A stretch of 48,094 bases of DNA, from the NCBI GenBank assembly GCA_900088475.1, contig FLMG01004216.1, positions 1 through 48,094 on the forward strand, read 5' to 3'. The notes under the pieces are model-generated. The model ran no database searches. It had not been told where the DNA came from and saw only the letters and a list, made by a program, of their open reading frames with translations. Within the stretch, counting starts at the first letter, position 1. Each line of letters begins with the position of its first letter. This document shows positions 1-8,214 of this stretch, one piece after another. The DNA is from Hyphochytrium catenoides. Its lineage: Eukaryota; Protista; Hyphochytriomycota. A program made the translations under genes and the position numbers.

Positions 1-31
<31 letters not shown>

Positions 32-221
32 CCTCTTTCTATCTCTTTCTTCACTGTTCAGTGGTACGAGTACTTTCGTTTCTTTCTCCCTCTTTTCTCT
101 CTCTCTCTCCTCTCGACTTCCAGTCCTTGTGCTATCCGAGTCTCAATGCAAAAATTTCCCAGCCGGAGAGCGCCCACCCAATACCCCCGACCAAGCTTAC
201 AGAGAAGGGCCCAGGACTCCG

Positions 222-261
<40 letters not shown>

Positions 262-262
<1 letters not shown>

Positions 263-648
263 TGGAGTTTGAAGATCTGGGCAGTCTCTGCACCTTCCAC
301 CCCTGCGGCACCAAGGACTACCTGCCCTTCCGATGCCCTGACTGCCATCAAATGTTCTGCCTTGATCATCGCACCGCCGCAGCTCACAGTTGCCAGCCAG
401 GGCAAGAAAGAGAAGCAGCGAAGGCTCTCGTGGCAGTCCCTAAAGAGAGACCAGCAATGCAGTCTCTAAAGGTTAAATGCACGCACAAGGGATGCAAGCG
501 GACGGAGATCGTGAAGATATCTTGCGGTCTATGCGGCGGCCAATACTGTCTCAAGCACAAGAACTACGCGGCCCATCAGTGCCCGATGCAGCATAAGAAG
601 ACGCGAAGTGTGATCCCGCCAACGAGCCGCCTCGTCGCCGTGAGGTGA
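262..648 (+). CDS. Double AN1-type zinc finger protein (ZFAND2/AIRAP/SAP-like), 128 aa
   Basis: The ATG at 262 follows a (GA)n tract. Two AN1 fingers: MEFEDLGSLCTFHPCGTKDYLPFRCPDCHQMFCLDHRTAAAHSC and KCTHKGCKRTEIVKISCGLCGGQYCLKHKNYAAHQC. The ORF-track start at 61 is repeat-derived. A 3' extension through AG|GTGAGG near 644 cannot be excluded. Confidence 0.85.
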
Positions 649-1062
649 GGGCACAGGCAAAACAGATTCACCGCTGGCAGTGTGGCCACGGAACACGGAG
701 ACAAGACAAGCGCTGCGATAGTGTTTATTCAAATCTCGTTCTGTACATAGAGCGCTGTGGTCTGAGCGGCCACAACCTTAGAAGCAACGCAGACCAGACG
801 CACTCGGGCTCTCAGGCTGTCGACTGACAATGTTGACGTCAAATAAGCTTGCAAAGTGGGAGACGGAGAGTCAGGAGGAAATAGCCTCCTATCTCCAGAA
901 GTGACAAGCCTGAATGAAGAACTCTTTGAGACGAAGAGCTCACTCCCTCTTGCGGAGGAAAGCTGAGCTGTCAATGAGGAAAGCAAGAGGCCAGAGCACG
1001 TGCCTGCTCAACATCGCTCTCTCGCTCTCTCTCCCCTTGCTCTTACTCGCTGTGTGTTGCCA

Positions 1063-3835
1063 CTAGAGCGCTTCAGCGGCCTTGCGGAACAGTCTTGCCA
1101 GGGATGAGGCCTACACAGGCGGGTTTAGACACGATTGAAGGAAGTTAGAGTTTTAGATGTGCAGACATTGACTGATCAATAATATCAAACTTACCACTCT
1201 CTGCTTTGGCTTTGTGAACCGCATCTCCACCTTTTCTCCTAAATATCGCCTCACCATGTCCCCGTACGCTTCCCCTGCAGACGACTCTGACATACAGACA
1301 CTCGTTAGCCATTCAACCTCAACGCTGAGGAGTATATTCCCTGTCTCTCTCTTGTCTCACTTGATAAAATGACCGGCTGGCCCATGTTGGATGACTGGAG
1401 CACTCGTGAGTCTTCAGGGATCGCCCCAATGAGAGGAAGCCCAAGGTTTTCTGCCAGATCCTGCGATAGAGCGCTGCATCAGAAGACTTCTCTGTGCCGA
1501 AGGCTTTGTTCTTTCTTCTTCGCTCTCTCTCTACGTCCGTGCATTCGCACTGTGACCTTTCCTCATGCCAGTCTCTTTCAACACTTGGCTTCCGTTCCCT
1601 TAAGCCTACCTCCACTGTCAAACTCTCTCCAGCCTCCGCCTTGTGCACGTCATAGCGGGTGATTAGCAGGCTCTGCCTCACCGGGTCACGGCTCTCCTCC
1701 GCCCTCCGTGATTTGCTATGTCCCGTTGAGTGCAATCAAGAAGACGAAGAGAGAGCAAAAGGTCAGTTGAGCACTGGTGCTTCTGTCAGGCGAAGTGTGG
1801 GGTCACGAGAAGCTCAATACCTGGCTATAAACCCTATCATCTTGTCCGAGTCACGACTTGAGGAAATCTCCGGGTTGGTGCAGATGATGGCATCATCAGC
1901 AAAGTACATTGCGTGACGGGCCCCTATGGTATCACAAAGGAGATAGAGAGACGGTTAAGGGCTAGAAAAACCAGACTAACAGTGGTTTAAACGCACGCCT
2001 CTAAGAATGGTGTCTACAAGTGACGTTCCGTCCAAAAGACGTTATGACGCGTGCTGGAAGGGCTAGAGGACTCAAGGACGCCTCCATGGGCCGCGTTCGT
2101 TGGGAGAGGGCAGCCATCGCTTCTTATTGATGCCCTCCATCTCCTGTTTCTGTCCCTCCATCCCCAGGGCTGTGTCCACATCTCTCCTTCTTCCTGGCTT
2201 ACCTGACTCTATGCCGGCGGGAGAGTCGCAAACAACGAAGTCAAACTGTTGTTTCAGGGCTTCCAAGACCCTGAACACGCCTTCCTCCGTCAGAGCTGTC
2301 TTGTCACGAGTTTGGCTCGCTGCTAGGACGCACAATGTTGCGAGACGCTTGTCCTTGATCAGTGCTTGGTTGAGGTTGCACTCCTGCTCTCAGGAGTAGA
2401 GACAGAGGGATAAGGAGATGAGATGACCGCGCAGTTTCCGCAAAGGAAGACGACCGCTATCAATAAACGATGAAAGTGTGGAGACCATGGTTCGCCAGAG
2501 AAAAAAGGAGAAGATTTGCGAATGCTGTGACCGTAAAGCAAAGGACAGAACAAGGAAGAGTAAGCGAGGGAGGAGACTGCAATTAGAAAGGACACTTGCC
2601 CGCTAGGGGCTTCAGAAGATAAGAAACCTAGCATTGATGAGACTAGATTGAGCACCGTCTTACCCCATTGATAACATTGATAAAGTCAAATATGACGCGC
2701 CTTTCCACTCCCTTCACGTGCCAGTGAAAGGTAGAGAGAAGCGAGAGAGAAGGGAGCAGATGAAGTTAGAGAGGGAACTTCATCCATCAAGGCAACATTA
2801 GGGAGTATCAGAGCACATAACGACCTAGCATTGATGAGACTGGATTGAGACTGATACTGAGACACTGAGAGGATGCGAGAGACAAAGACGAAGAACACCA
2901 AAAGAGAGAGAGAAGCACCTCACCAGATGGATGTCAAGGTTCCTAAGCCCAATATCAAAGTCGATCACGCAGGTCCTGTGCCCCGCTGCCGCCAGCCCGT
3001 ACGCAAAGCTCGCTGCCGTCGTCGTCTTGCCCACTCCACCTGCGTTCAGCCACTGGTTTTAGGGCTTTCAACGCCTAAGAAAGTGAGGCACATCCCACTC
3101 TTCACTACTCTTTCTCTTTCTCTCTCTCTCTGTATTGCCATTCTCAAAGAGCGCCAGTCTAATCCTCTCTCCATCGCCCTCCCCCTCACTCCCGCAACCG
3201 TGCGCGTCTCTGTCTTTGTCTGTCTGTCCGTCGTTCCGTTCTCTCGTCTTTCTAGCTTCGTGCATCCTCTTTGCCCTTCTCCGCATTTCTGGCAGCTCGC
3301 TTCTGTCTTGTGTCCAATGGGACCTCTTTCTTCTTCTGCTTGGCTTACCTTTGCCAGAAGTAACCACCACCACTCTTCCTCCCTCTCCGCCTGCGGCCTG
3401 GAAGGTGCTAGGTCCTGACTGCGGAGGGCCAACGGCTAGGAAAGAGGGGCTGGTGGCATAGGCACGCACCAGGGGAAATCCTTGTCTTCGCCTTCCTAGG
3501 CGCCCCTGCGGGAAGATAAGACTGTCAGTGGTTTGCAAAGGGGTTTTAGCTGGCAGAAGATGGAGAGGCTTACCGACAGAAGAAAGGAAAACGGTAGGAG
3601 GAAGGAAGTGTGAACGGAGAGGGACAAGGAAAGGAGACAAGAGACAGTGAGGGGGAGAGAGAGAGGGTGAGAGAGAGNNNNNNNNNNNNNNNNNNNNNNN
3701 NNNNNNNNNNNNNNNNNNNNNNNNAGAGAGAGAGAGAGAGAGAGATTTCTCTGATAGGAATAGGACGTGGAAGGAGGGCAGAGAGACTGGCTATGGGTGC
3801 CCGCTGCTTACCAAGCGGGCGATAGTGCTCAGCAT
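1063..3835 (-). CDS. minD: Mitochondrion-targeted septum site-determining ATPase MinD, 10 exons
   Basis: Exons (- strand): 3835-3812, 3505-3349, 3039-2924, 2711-2664, 2383-2203, 1923-1821, 1715-1610, 1460-1361, 1286-1195, 1110-1063, all GT-AG and frame-consistent. Motifs: deviant Walker [60 protein letters not shown] and a C-terminal amphipathic helix SLARLFRK. The N-terminus [25 protein letters not shown] is Arg-rich and lacks acidic residues, like a presequence. Confidence 0.95.
2626..2849. repeat. 27-bp near-perfect direct repeat in the two introns flanking MinD exon 4
   Basis: acctagcattgatgagactagattgag at 2626-2652 and acctagcattgatgagactggattgag at 2823-2849 (1 mismatch). Confidence 0.85.
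3678..3724. other. Assembly gap (N run) within a (GA)n tract in MinD intron 1
   Basis: N run flanked by GA repeats. Confidence 0.99.
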
Positions 3836-4352
3836 GGTCCCTGGCTCGCTCTTTACTCAGGACTCCGCACGAGCGCCGTCTGGACAATGGTGGAGACAAT
3901 CTTGGTTATCGCGCCTCTGGGCGAAAGCAGGCAATGATGTCGCTCAAAAATGTCGGGCAGGCGCCGCTTGAGCAGAGCCAAACGAGAGAGGAGAAGACAA
4001 AAGGTTTCCTCGAGACCTTGTCTCCCACTGTCTTTTATTTCTGTAGGTCCTCAGTCCTCCTTTCTCTCTCTCTCTGTCTCACTCTCAGTCTCTCTCTGTC
4101 TCTGTCTCTCTCTCTCTCTTTCTCTCTCTCTCTCCCTCTCTCTCTCTCGTCCTCTCTTTCTCTCTGTCATCAGCCTCAGGAAAGATACACATCCGTCATT
4201 TTCTGCCCAAATCCAAACAAAAAGAGAGCACAGCTTAATATTCCGAACAATTATAGTTTGGATAGCAATCATTCTTGATACGACGAACGGTTATCCCAAA
4301 CCCAGTCACAGTCGAACACAAGGTTGCGAAAGGACATCTGAACCCTTTTAGA

Positions 4353-4840
4353 CATCAGCACCTCTTCTCTTGTCTCTCCTCTCTCATCAGTACCTTCTCT
4401 CTCTCTCCTCTCATCATCAGCACCTCTTCTCTTGTCTCTCCTCTCTCATCAGTACCTTCTCTCTCTCTCCTCTCATCATCAGCACCTCTTCTCTTCTCTC
4501 TCCTCTCTCATCAGGACCTTCTCTCTCTCCCCTCATCATCAGCACCTCTTCTCTTGTCTCTCCTCTCTCATCAGTACCTTCTCTCTCTCCCCTCATCAGC
4601 ACCTCTTCTCTTCTCTCTCCTCTCTCATCAGTACCTTCTCTCTCTCTCCTCTCTCATCAGCACCTCTTCTCTTCTCTCTCCTCTCTCATCAGGACCTTCT
4701 CTCTCTCCTCTCATCATCAGCACCTCTTCTCTTCTCTCTCCTCTCTCATCAGTACCTTCTCTCTCTCCCCTCGTCAGCACCTCTTCCGTCTCGTCCTCTC
4801 ATCAACACCTTCTCTTCTGTCTCTCCCACCAGCACCTTCC
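4353..4840. repeat. Minisatellite, ~57-62 bp unit, 7 full copies plus a degenerate tail
   Basis: Unit starts at 4353, 4415, 4477, 4537, 4594, 4655 and 4715, with a degenerate copy at ~4772. Unit = CATCAGCACCTCTTCTCTT(G/C)TCTCTCCTCTCT-CATCAG(T/G)ACCTT(CT)nCCTCTCAT. Confidence 0.93.
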
Positions 4841-5601
4841 TTCCTTCCTCTCTCCCTCTCTCTCGTCATACCATCACAAGCCATGAGGACTTCGTTGATG
4901 TTGACAAGGGAATGGTGGCGCTTTTACGATAGAGTGACCTCTCTCTCTCTGGCCTGGAAGGAGGGAAGCGACGCGGGGACCCGTAGGACACTCCGTTCGT
5001 CCTTTATAGCCATCCGACGGCACCATCACCGGCGAAAGAGTATAAGGTCCCGAGCGTAGACCAGTGGATGTCTTGCGGTGGGGCACCAATTAACCCTTCA
5101 GATGAGACTTCCTCGTGAGGCCATCCACTGACGCGAGCCAGGAGATGAAGGCTACTACCTATCTTGTCTGAGCACGTTACATGCTACCGCGCTTACTTCA
5201 CCCCTGTCCAAAGACGCCACTGTCTTTCCAAGCACTTCTTATCACGCTCGCTGCTTTTGCTTGACCAAGGAAGGCATAAAACGAGGAAATGACCGCGTGC
5301 TAGGAGCAAAGGCAACCCCCATTAAACTAACCCTGAGAAGCACCGGCAACCCCTTCTCCAATGAGTTTAGACATACCAGGATGGGCGACTTGATCAGACT
5401 GTCTATTACTCACTAGCTTGCCACTATTAGTGACAATGCCAGGACCAGTTAGACAAGGGAAGAAAGAGGATAAAGGATTAGAGAGCAGACCAGACGGAAA
5501 CAAAGGGTAGCAGCGGTTATGCCCTGCCAAGCCCATGGTTAACACCAGAAAAAAGGTAGTGCCAGCGTCCCCAGCTGCGTCTCATGCAGCTCAGTTTCTG
5601 A

Positions 5602-5835
5602 TTACTTCTGCAGGTCACCAATATAGAACTGCTCTATGGCGTCCATCACAGTCGGAGGATGCTGTGGACCCATCACGCCCTCGCTTGCATCCTTACCTCC
5701 TTGGTCCAGCACTGCGTCTGCCCCTCCTGGATGATCATCGACAAAGTCTGAGACGTCATACACCCGCCCATTCACAATCAGCCAGAGATCGCCCGCAGAG
5801 TTATGCTTGGCCACCTCCTCCTCAGTGTACACCTT
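5602..5835 (-). other. Cytochrome b5 heme-binding domain at the C-terminus of the NSDHL-like protein
   Basis: KVYTEEEVAKHNSAGDLWLIVNGRVYDVSDFVDDHPGGADAVLDQGGKDASEGVMGPQHPPTVMDAIEQFYIGDLQK*. It has the HPGG motif and a second axial His, and no tail anchor. Confidence 0.95.
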
Positions 5836-7372
5836 CCTCTCCTTGGCCTGGTCTCCATTGACCGCGTTGTCGCCGACGGAAGAAACCTCTTCCATTGTCT
5901 TCTCCTTCGAGTGAACGAGTCCCAGAGAGTCCGCAATGGTGATGCGTACAGCTTCATCAAAAGTCCAGAGAGGAATGTAATCAATGTCTCTCTTCGCCGC
6001 GGCGCAGCTATAATAGTGGTTGGTCCCTGCCAGGATGACTGCCTGAGAGTTCAGAGTGATCTCTACGGTAACCAACGGCTTTAGCAGCGCCAGAACGGCC
6101 TCAATAAACAGCGCCAGCATGTACAAAGGGCGGAAAGGGATGAAGTACTGAGGAGAGGGAAATCCATGGCCTTGTAGCATCATCGCAATCATGTCCCAGA
6201 AGAGCACCGGCGAGTCATTGGTGATGAAGTATGGTTTGCCTGCACAAGCAGCGGGAGAAGATAGAAGTGCCTTGGCTGCTAATAAATGACTGTGAACGAC
6301 ATTCCCGACGTATGTGAAGTCGACCACGTTCTTTCCGTTGCCGATCTGGAACATTGGCTTCCCCTTCCTTACTCTGTCTAGAATGGCAGGCAAGAAGTAA
6401 GGGTCCCCAGGTCCAAAGATGGAGTGAGGACGAAGTGCAATCGTCGATAGACCGTCCTTTCCGTTGAGCTTCAGTACAATCTCCTCTCCGTCCGCCTTAC
6501 TCTCTGCATAAAGGTTCTGGAGCTTGTTCGGTCTGGGAATGGACTCATCTACTCCCTCATGTGGAGTACCGTCATAGATCACGCTGGCAGAGCTTGTGAA
6601 GACGAAGGCAGGGACGCCAGCCTTTGCCGATGCTTCTGCTATGTTCTTGGTACCCTTGACCTAAGTCATAGTGAGAAACCAGCAAGAGAAGAGATGTTAG
6701 AAGGGATCTAAAGGCATGTGGCTTGATAAGTGTAAGGAGTCCGTGGGGCCGGTGGACGCAATCCTTGAGATTAATCCCAAGACACGAGCGGAAAAAAGAA
6801 AGGCGGAACTAAGAACGACTGTGAAAACTTTGAGGGAAAGGACAGAGAGAGAGCCAAGCAGCTCACATTGACGGTCTCCAAGAGCGCATAGTTCCTGCTC
6901 TTATAGGGTGGGGACGCACAATGAAACACCACGTCCACTCCTCCTTGAACTCCTCGAAGGCAGTCATCAAAGTTGGCGAGATCTCCTCGCATGAACTCAA
7001 GCTTCTCGTCCTTCAGACCACCGCGCTCAGCGATATCAAACACACGCACGCGGCATCCTGACTGGAGAAGGGCGCGGACGAGCTTTTGTCCCAAGAAGCC
7101 AGAGCCGCCGACAACGACGCAAAATTTGCCATCCAGACCATAGTTAAAGGTCCGTTCCTTGACCTTTTTTGAAGGTGCAGCAGTCACCTTCTTGAACCCT
7201 CTTTGCTGCCATCCACATGGAAGAGGCGAGAGAGGGATATTAGTCAAACGGGAATGGAAAGAGTGTGTTAGGCTCTCATATCGGGCACGGGTTGTCGTAC
7301 CGGTAGTTTCATTGACTTCAGTAGCGCCATTATAGCGGCCACAGCAGCCACCGCAACGAAGATTGACAGCAT
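5602..7372 (-). CDS. NSDHL: Sterol-4alpha-carboxylate 3-dehydrogenase (decarboxylating), NSDHL/ERG26 family, with an N-terminal hydrophobic anchor and a C-terminal cytochrome b5 domain; 3 exons, ~489 aa
   Basis: Exons 7372-7301, 7205-6867, 6660-5602. Extended-SDR 3beta-HSD motifs: Rossmann GGSGFLG...VRVFD, VFHCASP, FTSSASV, catalytic YAESK, ALRPHSIFGPGD, IGNGKNVVDFTYVGNVVHSHLLA, GKPYFITND. These are followed by a b5 domain. Confidence 0.88.
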
Positions 7373-8214
7373 CTTGCTCCGTTTAATCAGACACTCGACT
7401 TCCAGATGCTCCTTGCTCTTTCCTTGAACCTGGCTACTTTTCTCTGCTTCACGACTCGCCCAGCTATTGTGGGATCTGTCCGTTTTGATCCGATAAGAGG
7501 CAGATGATTCCTGCTGACCTCACTACTCAGACAGCTGCCTCAATGGGACTACCTGCTGTCCTGGACGGCTCTGTTGCTCAGCAAGCCCAGCAAGCCAGAG
7601 TCTTGAGGTTGACGGAGCGGATGATTGACTGATTGAGAGGTTGAAGGTGAAGCTTCGCTTGTCTGATCTTTGGACATTTCCTTCTTATCCAGAAAGCCCT
7701 AGATACCCGTAATACACCATCTACCATTATCATGATCCTAGGCCCAAGATACCTTTAAGGCCTAGGTGACCCATTTGGGTGGGTCATAGCCAAGGTGTTG
7801 AGAAAGGCGGAAGAATCGTTCAGTTTTGTCTCTTCGCCTCATCATTCTTCAGCCAACACCGGGACAGACAGTCTCCAGACTCTGGACGCGTCAAGCTCTG
7901 GGCGCTCTCTCTCGCTCTCTGCAGGCCTCGACTGAGCAACAGCCAGGTCCTTGTCGATCCCGATACATCTATGCAGGGAAGCATTTGCTTTTGCGCTAAG
8001 ATGAGAAGCTGAGAGAGCCTACTTGAGTCCAAGGAAGGCCAGGAGCTTAAAGAAGTCATCCACATGTCTTCAACTCTCCTCCGCTTCTCGGTCACCTCAC
8101 GGGTATACGGCGTCTTTCATGGTTGATAGAAGATCAGTGCGTTGCGCTTAGTATAGTGCAAGGATAGGAACTATTCTCAGCCTCTCGTCGGGTCTTCATC
8201 GAGGCCAATAGAGA

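Noticed and set aside
1063-3835. MinD as bacterial contamination or as plastid MinD
   Set aside because: It has nine spliceosomal introns and a mitochondrial-type presequence, the motifs look proteobacterial, and there is no bipartite signal peptide. Phylogeny was not run.
4353-4840. CRISPR-like array
   Set aside because: The intervening segments are near-identical CT tracts rather than unique spacers, there are no cas genes, and the context is eukaryotic.
4275-5059. Three overlapping long + strand ORFs (203, 229, 166 aa)
   Set aside because: They are open only because the CT-rich minisatellite lacks stop codons; the products are S/L/P low-complexity with no recognisable domain.
7779-8120. 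Short ORFs between NSDHL and TAPT1
   Set aside because: No recognisable motif or convincing splice structure; probably promoter/UTR sequence.
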